NCBI GenBank assembly: GCA_027024025.1
Contig: JALVTT010000157.1
Location: forward strand, 128 to 64,127
Reading direction: 5' to 3'
Length of the DNA stretch: 64,000 nt
Source of the DNA: Sedimenticola sp.
GTDB lineage: Bacteria > Pseudomonadota > Gammaproteobacteria > Chromatiales > Chromatiaceae
Part shown: piece by piece, positions 11,177-21,013 of the stretch
Layout: every line of letters begins with the position of its first letter
Position numbering within the stretch: position 1 is the stretch's first letter
Translations under genes and position numbers: made by a program
Notes under the pieces: model-generated
What the model saw: the letters and a program-made list of their open reading frames with translations, nothing else
What the model was told of the DNA's origin: nothing
Databases searched by the model: none

Positions 11177-11306
11177 CACCACAAAGAACACGAAGAGCAC
11201 AAAGGAACTGGATCAGGGGCCATTCGTGGCCGGGCTGAATCGCTGTGTCCCGAGGTGATACCACATAGCAACCCAACACCTTCGTGTTCTTTGTGTTCTT
11301 CGTGGT
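11177..11306. repeat. Long imperfect inverted repeat (REP/MITE-like) in the trpG-trpD spacer
   Basis: The 29-nt arms CACCACAAAGAACACGAAGAGCACAAAGG (11177-11205) and CACCTTCGTGTTCTTTGTGTTCTTCGTGGT (11277-11306) are about 25/29 complementary and about 71 nt apart. The arms are built of (A/G)AAGAACAC 9-mers. Confidence 0.6.
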
Positions 11307-11312
11307 TCCCCA

Positions 11313-11891
11313 TCATTTCCCATCCAGGAAGTTCTTCAACAACTGGTGCCCGTGCTCGGTGAGGATGGATTCCGGGTGAAATTGCACCCCCTGGATGGGA
11401 TATTCGCGGTGGCGGATGCCCATGATCTCGTCCGGCGCGCCGTCGCGCTCGGTCCAGGCGGTGACCTCCAGGCAGTCGGGCAGGCTGTCGCGCTCGATCA
11501 CCAGCGAGTGGTAGCGGGTGGCACGGAAGGGGTTGTCCAGGCCGGAGAACACGCCCGTGTCGGCGTGATGCACCGGCGAGGTCTTGCCGTGCATCACCTC
11601 GCGCGCGTGCACGATGCGCCCGCCGAAGGCCTCGCCGATGGACTGGTGGCCCAGGCAGACCCCCAGGATGGGCAGGCGCCCGGCGAAGTGGCGGATGGCC
11701 GCCACCGAGATGCCCGCCTCGCGCGGGGTGCAGGGGCCGGGCGAGATCACCAACTGGTCCGGGGCCAGGTCCTCGATCTGCTCCAGGGTGATCTCGTCGT
11801 TGCGATACACCCGCACATCGGCACCCAGCTCGCCCAGATACTGCACGATGTTGAAGGTGAAGGAGTCGTAGTTGTCGATCATCAGCAGCAT
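11313..11891 (-). CDS. trpG: Anthranilate synthase component II (glutamine amidotransferase) TrpG
   Basis: Starts [19 protein letters not shown]. Catalytic context GVCLGHQ and the C-terminal motif QFHPES. Confidence 0.9.
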   Translation of the reverse strand: MLLMIDNYDSFTFNIVQYLGELGADVRVYRNDEITLEQIEDLAPDQLVISPGPCTPREAGISVAAIRHFAGRLPILGVCLGHQSIGEAFGGRIVHAREVMHGKTSPVHHADTGVFSGLDNPFRATRYHSLVIERDSLPDCLEVTAWTERDGAPDEIMGIRHREYPIQGVQFHPESILTEHGHQLLKNFLDGK

Positions 11892-13393
11892 GATCCGTCC
11901 TCCTCACCGGCGCCGGGGGCGCGGTCCAGGCCCGCCTCGGCCAGGGCCACCGCGCGGAACACCGCCCGGCCCTTGTTCATGGTCTCCTTCCATTCCAGCT
12001 CGGGCACCGAGTCGGCCACCACCCCGGCGCCCGCCTGGATGTGCAACTGCCCGCCCTCGATCACCGCGGTACGGATGGCGATGGCGGTGTCCATGTTGCC
12101 GTTCCAGGCCAGATAGCCCACCGCGCCGGCATAGATGCCGCGCTTCACCGGCTCCAGCTCGTCGATGATCTCCATGGCGCGGATCTTGGGCGCGCCGGAG
12201 ACGGTACCGGCGGGGAAGGTGGCGCGCAGCACGTCCATGGGCGAGAGCCCCTCGCGCAGCTCGCCCACCACATTGGAGACGATGTGCATGACGTGCGAAT
12301 AGCGCTCCACCACCATCTTCTCGGTGAGCCGCACCGTGCCCACCTTCGCCACCCGGCCCACGTCGTTGCGCCCCAGGTCGATCAGCATCAGGTGCTCGGC
12401 CAGCTCCTTGGGATCGGCCAGCAGCTCCGCCTCCAGCGCCTTGTCCTCGGCCTCGGTGTGGCCGCGCCGCCGGGTGCCGGCGATGGGACGCACCGTGATC
12501 TCGCCGTCCTCCAGGCGCACCAGGATCTCCGGCGAGGAGCCGACGATCTGGAAGTCGTCCATGTCCAGGAAGTACATATAAGGCGAGGGATTGAGCCCGC
12601 GCAGGGCCCGGTACAGGTCCAGCGGGCGCGCCGAGAAGGGGATGCTCAGGCGCTGCGAGATCACCACCTGCATGCAGTCCCCATCCAGGATGTACTGTTT
12701 GATGCGCTCCACCGCCGCCTTGAACGCCGACTCGCTAAAGCCGGAGACGAAGTCCGACTCGTCCACGCGGCGCGCCGGCGGCGGGGCGTGGCGCGGGGCG
12801 CCGGTCTGCATGCGCCGGTAGAGGGCGTCGATGCGCGCCTCGGCCTCGGCCAGGCCCTGCCCCGCCTCCACATCGGCATGCACCACGATGTACATCCGCC
12901 CGGTGAGGTTGTCGAACACCACCAGCTCGTCGGAGACCATCAGCAGGATGTCCGGGGTGCCCAGGGGGTCGGGCTTGTCCGGGTTGTAGAGGCGCGGCTC
13001 GATATAGCCCACGGTGTCATAGCCGAAATAGCCCACCAGGCCGCCGTGGAAGCGCGGCAGGCCCTCGATCTCCGGCACCCGGAAGCGGGACCGGAAGGCG
13101 TCCACATAGGCCAGGGGGTCGGCGACCTCGGTGCGCTCACGCACCCCGCCCTCATCCTCCAGGGTCACCTGGCGGCCCTCCACCCGCAGGCGGGTGCGGC
13201 AGGGCAGGCCGATGATGGAGTAGCGGCCCCACTTCTCGCCGCCGTGCACCGACTCGAAGAGATAGCCGTAGGGGCCGTCCACCAGCTTGAGGTAGACGCT
13301 GAGCGGGGTGTCGAGGTCGGCCAGCACCTCGCGCACCACGGGGATCCGGTTGAAGCCCTCGGCCACGAGGGCGGCGAATTTTTCAGGGGTCAT
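11882..13393 (-). CDS. trpE: Anthranilate synthase component I TrpE
   Basis: 503 aa from [19 protein letters not shown], with [13 protein letters not shown] and GAVGY motifs. The listed 615-aa ORF carries an implausible N-terminal extension. Confidence 0.9.
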   Translation of the reverse strand: MTPEKFAALVAEGFNRIPVVREVLADLDTPLSVYLKLVDGPYGYLFESVHGGEKWGRYSIIGLPCRTRLRVEGRQVTLEDEGGVRERTEVADPLAYVDAFRSRFRVPEIEGLPRFHGGLVGYFGYDTVGYIEPRLYNPDKPDPLGTPDILLMVSDELVVFDNLTGRMYIVVHADVEAGQGLAEAEARIDALYRRMQTGAPRHAPPPARRVDESDFVSGFSESAFKAAVERIKQYILDGDCMQVVISQRLSIPFSARPLDLYRALRGLNPSPYMYFLDMDDFQIVGSSPEILVRLEDGEITVRPIAGTRRRGHTEAEDKALEAELLADPKELAEHLMLIDLGRNDVGRVAKVGTVRLTEKMVVERYSHVMHIVSNVVGELREGLSPMDVLRATFPAGTVSGAPKIRAMEIIDELEPVKRGIYAGAVGYLAWNGNMDTAIAIRTAVIEGGQLHIQAGAGVVADSVPELEWKETMNKGRAVFRAVALAEAGLDRAPGAGEEDGSCC

Positions 13394-13398
13394 GGAAC

Positions 13399-13496
13399 AC
13401 TCCACACAACAGCAGAAAGAACAACGGCAGGCAGACTCAGCGCTGCCCGCGCCATCGCGTGTTCTTTCCAGACAGATTGTGGGAGAGTGGCGACAT
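13399..13496 (-). promoter_or_regulatory. Candidate trpE leader: a 19-codon uORF (13496..13437, [19 protein letters not shown]) overlapping a long hairpin whose 3' arm contains the trpE Shine-Dalgarno sequence
   Basis: On the minus strand, CCACTCTCCCACAATCTGTCTGGAAAGAACA pairs with TGTTCTTTCTGCTGTTGTGTGGAGTG. GGAG lies 6 nt before the trpE ATG. The uORF has one Trp codon. Confidence 0.35.
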
Positions 13497-13642
13497 GATT
13501 CCTCGAAGCTCCGCCAGGCCGAATGCGGGAACCTTATCCAAAAACCCCTTCCAGGCCAAGCCCCAATGAGTCGCCCGCCCCCTGAAGGCCGTGTACAGAC
13601 CGGCCGACCGACAGGGCCCCTGAAAAAAATTTCAAAAGAATA

Positions 13643-13670
13643 TTGACATTTAAGAAAATGCTTATATACT
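13643..13670 (+). promoter_or_regulatory. Near-consensus sigma70 promoter for the Gly/Asn/Tyr-rich protein gene
   Basis: TTGACA (13643-13648), a 16-nt spacer, then TATACT (13665-13670). An A/T-rich UP-like tract lies at 13620-13642. Confidence 0.6.
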
Positions 13671-13740
13671 TCTCCGCATCGACAGGCTGTTTCGTCGAAG
13701 AGCACTTCCAACCCAATACGTCTTTCCAAGGAGACACATC

Positions 13741-14079
13741 ATGAAAAAGATCATCGCTATCGTCGCCATCGTTGCCGCCGCTCAGGCTTCCGCCAGCTCC
13801 AGCTTCTGGGGTGACAACACCTCCGGTAACGGCGCCTACAACGGCAACGGCGACTTCACCGGCAACGGCACCGGCGAAGGTGAGGCCACCTTCTCCATGA
13901 CCTTCAAGGGCCGCGGCAAGGCCAACGGCGACTTCAAAGGCAACGGCGACACCGCTGGCAACTGGGCTGGCTACGGCTACGACAAGCCCTACTACGGCTA
14001 CGGCTACGCCCCGATGGCTCCGGCCGCTGCTCCGGCTCCGGCTGCTCCCGCTGCCCCGGCTGCACCTGCCGCCAAGTAA
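13741..14079 (+). CDS. Secreted Gly/Asn/Tyr-rich low-complexity protein, sulfur-globule-envelope-protein (Sgp)-like
   Basis: Signal peptide MKKIIAIVAIVAAAQASA, then GNG/GDF repeats, FSMTFKGRGKANG, GYGYDKPYYGYGYAP and a Pro/Ala tail. AAGGAG Shine-Dalgarno sequence. The resemblance to Sgp proteins is from memory. Confidence 0.5.
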   Translation: MKKIIAIVAIVAAAQASASSSFWGDNTSGNGAYNGNGDFTGNGTGEGEATFSMTFKGRGKANGDFKGNGDTAGNWAGYGYDKPYYGYGYAPMAPAAAPAPAAPAAPAAPAAK

Positions 14080-14103
14080 TTCAGACCCGGTCTGAATTCA
14101 AAG

Positions 14104-14134
14104 GCCCCCGTGTCTCGCGACGCGGGGGCTTTTT
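14104..14134. terminator. Rho-independent terminator, probably bidirectional
   Basis: The hairpin GCCCCCGTG-TCTCGCGA-CGCGGGGGC is followed by TTTTT. A second small hairpin, TTCAGACCCGGTCTGAA, lies at 14080-14096. Confidence 0.7.
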
Positions 14135-14144
14135 CATGTCTAGC

Positions 14145-14552
14145 TCAGTCCACGTGACTGCCGATGGCAAAGTCGCGGCGCGCGGCCACGATAGACACGG
14201 TGAACCCGGCGATCACGTCCAGCAGCGACATCAGCGCCAGGACGAAGAAGGTCGAGGTGCCGCAGGCGGCGACCGCCAGGAACTCAACCAGGAACACGAT
14301 GAACACCAGCATCGACAGGGTATGGTCCAGCACCGAGGCCATGCCGGTGCCAGTGGATTTGAAGATCTCGAAATACAGCACCAGCACCCCGCCCACCACG
14401 AAGGCGTCGTGCACGCTGAACGACCAGGTCGCGCCCGACATCAGGTGGACCGAGAACAGGTGCCCGGCCAGGCTGGCATGGACATCGCCGGACAGCATCA
14501 GCAGGTTGTAGATCGCCAGCGGAATGACGAACAGGGGAATGGCTTTGAACAT
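14145..14552 (-). CDS. Small integral membrane protein (about 4 transmembrane segments), function unknown
   Basis: 135 aa, strongly hydrophobic throughout, with no catalytic motif recognised. Confidence 0.6.
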   Translation of the reverse strand: MFKAIPLFVIPLAIYNLLMLSGDVHASLAGHLFSVHLMSGATWSFSVHDAFVVGGVLVLYFEIFKSTGTGMASVLDHTLSMLVFIVFLVEFLAVAACGTSTFFVLALMSLLDVIAGFTVSIVAARRDFAIGSHVD

Positions 14553-14670
14553 GGCGGGCCTCGTTGGATGGACAGGCGTCCATTATCCATGCGGGCCCGC
14601 GGCGGCACAAACCGCGCACAAAAAAGGCGGCGATGTCGCCATCGCCGCCCCGTCAGCGAACAGGTGTCGC

Positions 14671-14997
14671 TTACTTGGCGCCGGCCAGGTACTTTGCGAT
14701 CTCGGCCATCTCTGCGTCAGAGACGTTGGCGATCACGCCTTTCATCACGGCGGCCTGGCCGTTGCTGCGGGCGCCGGACTTGATGTCCTTCATCTGCTGC
14801 AGCAGATACTGTTCGTTCTGCCCGGCCAGCTTCGGGTACACCGGCATCACCGGCGCGTTGCCGCCTGCGCCGTGGCAGCCTGCGCAGCCCTTGGCCTGGA
14901 ACAGGGCAGCGCCGTCAGCGAAGGCGTTGCTCATGGCGCCAAAGGAGAAAACAGCCGCGCCCAGGGAAAGTGCCAAAACTTTGCTCTTCATGTTCAT
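14671..14997 (-). CDS. Class I monohaem c-type cytochrome
   Basis: Signal peptide, the haem-binding motif CAGCH, and a distal Met context (AAVMKG). The start is at ATG 14997 or 14991. Confidence 0.8.
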   Translation of the reverse strand: MNMKSKVLALSLGAAVFSFGAMSNAFADGAALFQAKGCAGCHGAGGNAPVMPVYPKLAGQNEQYLLQQMKDIKSGARSNGQAAVMKGVIANVSDAEMAEIAKYLAGAK

Positions 14998-15133
14998 AAA
15001 CCTCTTAACGATGGATTCAGAAGGGGAACCAAGGGGGCGATTCCCGCCCCCACAAGGTGGGCGATAGTTTACCACCTGCCCCGGCAACCGGGGAAACGAC
15101 ATATGTCAATCGGCACGCCGCCGTGTTGGTGGA

Positions 15134-15802
15134 TCACAACACCCGTTGCAGTTCGACCATGGAATCGGCCACAAGATCCGGACCATAGTCACGAATATCC
15201 TCGCCGTGGTTGTAGCCGTAGCTCATGCAGACGATCTGGAAGCCGGCCGCGCGCGCGGCCTTCACGTCGCTGACCGAGTCGCCGATCATCAGGGCGTCTT
15301 CGGGTTTTACCCCGAAATGTTTCGCCGCGTGCAGCAGCGGCCCCGGGTCGGGCTTCTTCACCGGCAGGGTGTCGCCGGAGATCACGATCCCAAAGTCGTC
15401 GTACACCCCCAGATCCTTCAACAGCGGCAGGGTGAACTGCGCCGCCTTGTTGGTGACGCAGCCCAGGCGGTAGCCCTGCGACTTGAGGTAGTCCAGCCCC
15501 TCGCGCACGCCAGGGTAGAGACATGAGCGTTTGGAGGTGTTCTCGGCATACAGATCGAGGAAGATCGGGTAGGCGCGCTCGAACTCCTCGTCCGAGGGCT
15601 CACCGTCCAGGCTGCCGGTGAGCGCGCGGCGCACCAGGCGCTCCACCCCGTTGCCCACCCAGTCGCGCACCCGCGCCTCGCCCCGGGGCGCGCGGCCGAT
15701 GGCCTTCATCATCTCGTCCACGCAGAACGCCAGGTCGGGCACCGAATCGACCAGGGTGCCATCGACGTCGATCAGGATCATTTCGGGCTTGCGGATGCTC
15801 AT
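15134..15802 (-). CDS. gph: Phosphoglycolate phosphatase (HAD superfamily)
   Basis: HAD motif I DVDGTLVDS, motif II VTNK and motif IV GDSVSD. Synteny with rpe. Confidence 0.85.
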   Translation of the reverse strand: MSIRKPEMILIDVDGTLVDSVPDLAFCVDEMMKAIGRAPRGEARVRDWVGNGVERLVRRALTGSLDGEPSDEEFERAYPIFLDLYAENTSKRSCLYPGVREGLDYLKSQGYRLGCVTNKAAQFTLPLLKDLGVYDDFGIVISGDTLPVKKPDPGPLLHAAKHFGVKPEDALMIGDSVSDVKAARAAGFQIVCMSYGYNHGEDIRDYGPDLVADSMVELQRVL

Positions 15803-15885
15803 GCGCTCACTCCGGCCCCTCCCCCCGTGAGCGGGGAGGGAGACAGGTTTGGAGATATGGGGGATGCCAGCGTATGCCGGAAGGT

Positions 15886-16575
15886 TCAGCCGACCATGGC
15901 CAGCTCTTCGCGCATCTCGGCGACGATGGTGTCGTATTTGTTGGGGTCGCTCTCCTTGCGCCCGCCGAAGATGCCGGAGCCGGAAACGAAGGTATCCGCG
16001 CCCGCGGCGGCGATCTCGGCGATGTTGTCCACCTTGACGCCGCCGTCGATCTCCAGGCGGATGTCCAGACCGGAGTCGTCGATGATCTTGCGCGCCTGCT
16101 TGAGCTTGTCCAGGGCCGAGGGGATGAAGCTCTGACCGCCAAAGCCCGGGTTGACCGACATCAGCAGGATCATGTCGATCTTGTCCAGCACGTAATCGAG
16201 ATAGGACAGGGGCGTGGCCGGGTTGAACACCAGGCCGGCCTTGCAGCCTTCGGACTTGATCAGCTGCAGGGTGCGGTCGATGTGCTCGGAGGCCTCGGGA
16301 TGGAAGGTGATGTAGGTGGCACCGGCCTTGGCGAAATCGCCCACCAGGCGGTCCACCGGGCTGACCATCAGGTGCACATCGATGGGCGCGGTGATGCCGT
16401 GCTTGCGCAGGGCGTCGCATACCAGCGGGCCGATGGTCAGGTTGGGCACATAATGGTTGTCCATGACATCGAAGTGGATGATGTCGGCGCCCGAGGCCAG
16501 CACGTTGTCACATTCCTCGCCCAGCTTGGCGAAATCCGCGGAAAGAATCGATGGTGCGATCTGGTAATCTGCCAT
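15886..16575 (-). CDS. rpe: Ribulose-phosphate 3-epimerase
   Basis: Starts [21 protein letters not shown]. Motifs include [22 protein letters not shown] and VDGG. Confidence 0.9.
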   Translation of the reverse strand: MADYQIAPSILSADFAKLGEECDNVLASGADIIHFDVMDNHYVPNLTIGPLVCDALRKHGITAPIDVHLMVSPVDRLVGDFAKAGATYITFHPEASEHIDRTLQLIKSEGCKAGLVFNPATPLSYLDYVLDKIDMILLMSVNPGFGGQSFIPSALDKLKQARKIIDDSGLDIRLEIDGGVKVDNIAEIAAAGADTFVSGSGIFGGRKESDPNKYDTIVAEMREELAMVG

Positions 16576-16675
16576 TTTGTTGCTCCCTACCGGCCTGCCG
16601 GTACTAAACTTCTGTCTATGCGCCGGGCGGGTCTGATCCCGCCAAAAGGACCACTCTACCGGAAAAGCCAAAGTC

Positions 16676-17506
16676 ATGCATCCAGCGCACTGCTCACGAC
16701 ACAAGCCCCTGTTTTGCAAGGCCGTGCTCCTGCTCCTCCTGTTCTGCCTGGGGGCCGCGGGCGCCTCCGATCTGCAGCGGGAGCGGCGCATCGACGAACA
16801 GATCCGCGACGCCATCCTGGAGGGTGAGGTGATCCAGCTGCAGGCCGGCGCGCAGCGCTTCATGGGCATCCATACCCGCAGCCGCCGCCAGCCGGTGCGC
16901 GGCGCGGCGCTGATCCTGCACGGGCGCGGCGCCAACCCGGACTGGATCGACGTGGTCCACCCGCTGCGCACCGGGCTGCCCGACTTCGGCTGGGACACCC
17001 TCTCCATCCAGCTGCCGGTGGCCAGTGAGGGGGCGCATGACAGCGAGTGGGAGGCCACCCTGCCCGACGCGGTGGCGCGCGTGCGCGCGGCGCTGGCCTA
17101 TCTCGAGAAGCAGGGCCTGCGCAACGTGGTGCTGATCGCGCACAGCTTCGGCAACAGGACCGTGGCCCGTCTCCTGGCCGGACAGCGGCCCGGGTCGGTC
17201 ACCGCCTGGGTGGCCATCGGCATCCCCATCGACCGGCGCACCCCGAACGATCCCGCCCTGGCCGTGCTGGGCCGGCTGAAACTGCCCATCCTGGATCTGT
17301 ACGGCGAGCGTGACCTGGTGAGCATCCGCGACAGCGCCCCGGCACGCCGCCGGGCGGCGCAGCGCGCGGGCAACAAGGACTATGTGCAGCGCGAGGTCCC
17401 CGGGGCGGACCATTTCTACAGCGATCAGGCGGACCTGCTGGTGAGCCTGGTGCGGGCCTGGATGGCGCGGGTGGCCAGCGGCACCGAGATCCCGGCGCGG
17501 CCCTGA
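16676..17506 (+). CDS. Secreted alpha/beta-hydrolase-fold protein
   Basis: Signal peptide, the nucleophile-elbow-like motif IAHSFG, and a C-terminal GADHF. Confidence 0.6.
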   Translation: MHPAHCSRHKPLFCKAVLLLLLFCLGAAGASDLQRERRIDEQIRDAILEGEVIQLQAGAQRFMGIHTRSRRQPVRGAALILHGRGANPDWIDVVHPLRTGLPDFGWDTLSIQLPVASEGAHDSEWEATLPDAVARVRAALAYLEKQGLRNVVLIAHSFGNRTVARLLAGQRPGSVTAWVAIGIPIDRRTPNDPALAVLGRLKLPILDLYGERDLVSIRDSAPARRRAAQRAGNKDYVQREVPGADHFYSDQADLLVSLVRAWMARVASGTEIPARP

Positions 17507-17510
17507 AGCG

Positions 17511-19754
17511 TCAATCCGGCCGGGACGCCGCGGGCAGCAGGCCGGTCATCACACCCGCCGGCACCGGATGCCCCAGCAGGTAGCCCTGCGCCCGGTTGCA
17601 GCCCAGCTGGCGCAGAAAGTCCAGCTGACGCTGTTCTTCCACGCCCTCGGCGACCACGTCCAGGCCCAGCTCCTTGGCCATGGCCAGCATGGCGCGGATG
17701 ATGGCCTCGTCACTGGGGTCGATACCCACATCGCGCACGAAGGAGCGGTCGATCTTGATACAGCTGAGCGGAAAGCGCTTCAGATTGGCCAGCGAGGAAT
17801 GGCCGGTGCCGAAGTCGTCCACCGCCAGGCGCATGCCCATGCCCTGCAGCTTCTCCACGTTCTTCATCCGCGTGCTGCCGGGCGGCACCTCGACGCTTTC
17901 GGTGATCTCCAGCTCCAGACGGAGGGGTGAGGTGCCGTGATAGTCCAGCAACTCGCCCAGATTGGCGGGAAAATCGAGCTGATCGAGCTGGCGCGCCGAC
18001 ACGTTCACCGCCACCAGCTGGCAATCCAGGCCCATGCGCGTCCATTCCGCGATCTGGGCACAGACCTTGTCCAGCATCAGCAGCCCCAGATCGACCACCA
18101 GGCCGGTCAGCTCGGCGATCGGGATGAACTCGCCCGGCATGCGCAGCGAACCGTCCGCCTGCGGCCAGCGCACCAGGGCCTCCATGCCCGCGATGGCCCC
18201 GGTCTCGGTATCGAACTGGGGCTGGTAATAGGGTTCCAGCTCGCGCCGGCGGATGGCCTGGCGCAGCGCCTGCTCGGTCTGCAACTGCTCGACCACCTGC
18301 AAGGTCATCTCGCGCTGGTAGTACTGGAAGCGGTTGCCGCCACGTTCCTTGGCGGCGTACATGGCCGAATCGGCGTGCTTGATCAGGTCCTCGTGGTCCT
18401 GCCCGTCCTCGAGGTCGGACAGCAGCGCCACCCCGATGCTGGGCTCGATATGCAGCTCCACGCCGTTCTCCAGGGTCATCACCCCGGAGAAGGCCGCCAG
18501 GATCTTCTCCGCGACCCGGCCCGCCAGGGCGCCGTTGCGCAGATCGTCCAGCACCACCACGAACTCGTCGCCCCCGAGGCGCGCCACCAGATCCTCGTCA
18601 CGCACCACCTCGCTCAGACGGCGCGCCGTCTCGCGCAGCACCTGGTCGCCCGCCATGTGGCCCAGGCTGTCGTTGATCTGCTTGAAGCGGTCCAGGTCCA
18701 GCAACAGCAACGCGGCCTGCATCTCCTGCCGGCGGCGCCTGGAGACCAGGTGTTCCAGGGCCTCCCGGAGATACTCACGATTGGGCAAGCCGGTCAGGTT
18801 GTCGTGGGTGGCCTGGTAGGCGAGCTTCTCGCGCGAGAGGTGCAGCTCGGTCAGGTCATTGAGCAGCGCCACGAAGAAATCGACCTCGCCATTCTCGCCG
18901 CGCAGGGTGGCGATGCTCAGCCAGATCTCGCGCTTCTGCCCACTGCGGTCATGGATGGTGATCTCCTTCTTCAGATGCCGGGTCTGATGCGCCTCGGCAC
19001 AGATCTCCTCGCACAGGGCCGCGTCCAGCTCATGACGCAGAAAGCCCTCGCCGTCCCGGGTCAGCTCGCTGGGCGAATAGCCCAGGATCTCGCTCACCGC
19101 CTCGTTGGCATACATCACATGCCGGTCGTGGCCGCGCACCACCACGATCCCCTCGCCGGCCTGCGACAGCACCGTGTCCAGCAGGCGCGACACGCCCTCG
19201 CTGGCCACCCGGTCGGTGATGTCGCGCACCAGCATCAGCGCCTGGGCCTCGCCCTGCTCGCCGGCAAAGGGGATCAGGCGGGCCTCGTACACCCGCTCCT
19301 CCTCGCCCTTGCCCAGGGTGTATTCCACGGCGCCGATACCCTGCTCTTTCAGGGCCAGATCCAGCGCCGCCTTGACATTGGAGGCCACCGGCGGCTCCAG
19401 CACATCGGACAGCGTCCGGCCGATGATCTCCTCGGGCTCGAGCAGCATCTCGTCGCGGCTGCCGGCCAGGATCTCCAGATAGCGCCCCTCGGCGTCGAGC
19501 AGAAACAGAAAATCCGGAATCGCGCTCAGCACCGCGTGCAGGCGCTGACCCATCAGGCGGCGCTGGCGCTCGTGCAGCTCGGACATCTCGCGCGAGGAGA
19601 TCTCCAGCGAGCGCTCGATCAGATAGCGTTCCTCGTCCGCCTGCTCATAGGCGGCCGAGACCACCTCCAGAAAGGCCTCCCAGGCATCGGCCCCAGGCTG
19701 CCCCTCGGGCGAGAGCCCAAGGCGGCGCAACTGGCGCTTGAGCACGCGATGCAT
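17511..19754 (-). CDS. PAS-GGDEF-EAL c-di-GMP signalling protein
   Basis: Contains RLGGDEFVVVL (GGDEF), EALVRW (EAL), DDFGTG and QGY motifs, with N-terminal PAS-like segments. Confidence 0.9.
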   Translation of the reverse strand: MHRVLKRQLRRLGLSPEGQPGADAWEAFLEVVSAAYEQADEERYLIERSLEISSREMSELHERQRRLMGQRLHAVLSAIPDFLFLLDAEGRYLEILAGSRDEMLLEPEEIIGRTLSDVLEPPVASNVKAALDLALKEQGIGAVEYTLGKGEEERVYEARLIPFAGEQGEAQALMLVRDITDRVASEGVSRLLDTVLSQAGEGIVVVRGHDRHVMYANEAVSEILGYSPSELTRDGEGFLRHELDAALCEEICAEAHQTRHLKKEITIHDRSGQKREIWLSIATLRGENGEVDFFVALLNDLTELHLSREKLAYQATHDNLTGLPNREYLREALEHLVSRRRRQEMQAALLLLDLDRFKQINDSLGHMAGDQVLRETARRLSEVVRDEDLVARLGGDEFVVVLDDLRNGALAGRVAEKILAAFSGVMTLENGVELHIEPSIGVALLSDLEDGQDHEDLIKHADSAMYAAKERGGNRFQYYQREMTLQVVEQLQTEQALRQAIRRRELEPYYQPQFDTETGAIAGMEALVRWPQADGSLRMPGEFIPIAELTGLVVDLGLLMLDKVCAQIAEWTRMGLDCQLVAVNVSARQLDQLDFPANLGELLDYHGTSPLRLELEITESVEVPPGSTRMKNVEKLQGMGMRLAVDDFGTGHSSLANLKRFPLSCIKIDRSFVRDVGIDPSDEAIIRAMLAMAKELGLDVVAEGVEEQRQLDFLRQLGCNRAQGYLLGHPVPAGVMTGLLPAASRPD

Positions 19755-19758
19755 CGGC

Positions 19759-20889
19759 TCAGCGCTCTTGGAACAGGGTGAGGGTCATGGTCTGGTTGTG
19801 CAGGCTGCAGCCCACACCGGCGACCGGCGAGATCTCCCCATAGGAATAGAAGCCGACCAGCGGCGTGCCGGCCGGCAGGCTCTCGAGCACCGCCTCCAGC
19901 TCCTCCTCGGCACGCACCCCCAGGACCATGCGCCGGCCCACGCAGCTGATGGCCACGCACAGCCCGCCGTCGTCCGGCTCGAGCATGTCCACGGCCTGAC
20001 CGGCGGCGTCGATGAGGCGCTCGAAATTGGCCCGCATCAGGCACACCGTGGCGCCCTCGGGCACATCCCCGGCAAAGGTGATGGACTGGGTCTGTTCATC
20101 CACCGCCAGCACCGTGCGCACCACCATGTCGCCGGCCCCGGCATCCTTGATCGCCAGCGGAAACAGCAGCGCGCTACCGGGCAGTTCGGCGGCCATCTCG
20201 CCCAGGTATTCCTTGTACAGGGCCAGCGCGGGGCGGTCGTCCAGGCTGTAGAGCACATTATTCTCGGCGCGGGTCACGCGCCGGTCGATGCCCAGCTGGT
20301 CCCAGCCGCCCCGGCTGCCGTGGCTGACCACCACCCGGTCGCCGTACAGGCCGCAGGCGCTGACCATGCCGGCACGCGGCTCGCCGTCCACCAGTACCCA
20401 GGTGTCCTGAAAGCGCTCGCCGTCCGCGGCCATGCCGCCGGTCACCACCACCCCGCTGCCCAGTATCCGGCCGATGCCGGCGACATAGGCCGAGCCGTTC
20501 AGCCGCAGCCCGTCGGTCAGGGTGAACACCGCGCGCAGGCCGGGCCCGGCCAGACGCCCCGCGACCTTCTCGCCCACGCCGCCGGAGGCCTCCATGGCGG
20601 GGATGGCCTCGTTGACCAGGCGCAGGCGGCTGTGCTCGAAGCGCATGAGCGCGAGCACCAGGCTCTGGTCATGCAGCTTGTCGTCGCGGATCTCGCCCGC
20701 GGTGGAGCAGCCCATGATCGCGGACGCGGGGAAGGCCCCGGCCAGCTCCGCCAGCACCCCGGGCACCCAGCCGGCCGACCGGCCGGCCTCGGCAAACACC
20801 AGCAGCAGTGTGTTTTCGCTGTCCCACTCCCTTGGCGGTTGCCGGTCCCAGCCCGGGTCGGCACGGTAGACATGTGTCGAAACCTGCAT
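19759..20889 (-). CDS. FIST-domain sensor protein
   Basis: 376 aa ending in GFYSYGEISP, which is typical of FIST_C. It lies 4 nt upstream of the GGDEF-EAL gene, so the two are probably an operon. Confidence 0.7.
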   Translation of the reverse strand: MQVSTHVYRADPGWDRQPPREWDSENTLLLVFAEAGRSAGWVPGVLAELAGAFPASAIMGCSTAGEIRDDKLHDQSLVLALMRFEHSRLRLVNEAIPAMEASGGVGEKVAGRLAGPGLRAVFTLTDGLRLNGSAYVAGIGRILGSGVVVTGGMAADGERFQDTWVLVDGEPRAGMVSACGLYGDRVVVSHGSRGGWDQLGIDRRVTRAENNVLYSLDDRPALALYKEYLGEMAAELPGSALLFPLAIKDAGAGDMVVRTVLAVDEQTQSITFAGDVPEGATVCLMRANFERLIDAAGQAVDMLEPDDGGLCVAISCVGRRMVLGVRAEEELEAVLESLPAGTPLVGFYSYGEISPVAGVGCSLHNQTMTLTLFQER

Positions 20890-21013
20890 CTCGCCCCCTA
20901 TGATTAGGAATTATTTTCTTATTTAATCTGAAGTCTATAACGGCAGAAAGTCTTTAATCTATCGGAATTTTTCGAAGAACCGGAAACACGCGCCCAATCG
21001 GGCGGCGCGGGCG

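Noticed and set aside
9324-11279. A 651-aa minus-strand ORF suggesting a large fusion protein
   Set aside because: Only the last 266 codons (from MSGTPDIL) are TrpC. The upstream part overlaps trpD in another frame and is Arg/Gly-rich. Similar N-terminal over-extensions were trimmed for surA, pdxA, apaG, gph, rpe, trpE, priA, ubiK and the OsmC-like gene.
17937-19781. A 614-aa plus-strand ORF
   Set aside because: It is antisense to the PAS-GGDEF-EAL gene, has no motifs and has biased composition, so it is a high-GC artefact. The same applies to 19738..20907 (antisense to the FIST gene), 29910..31256 (antisense to amtB), 59056..60555 (antisense to ampG), 10043..11362 and 12041..13498 (antisense to the trp genes), and 51827..54031 (antisense to tniQ and the Zn-ribbon gene).
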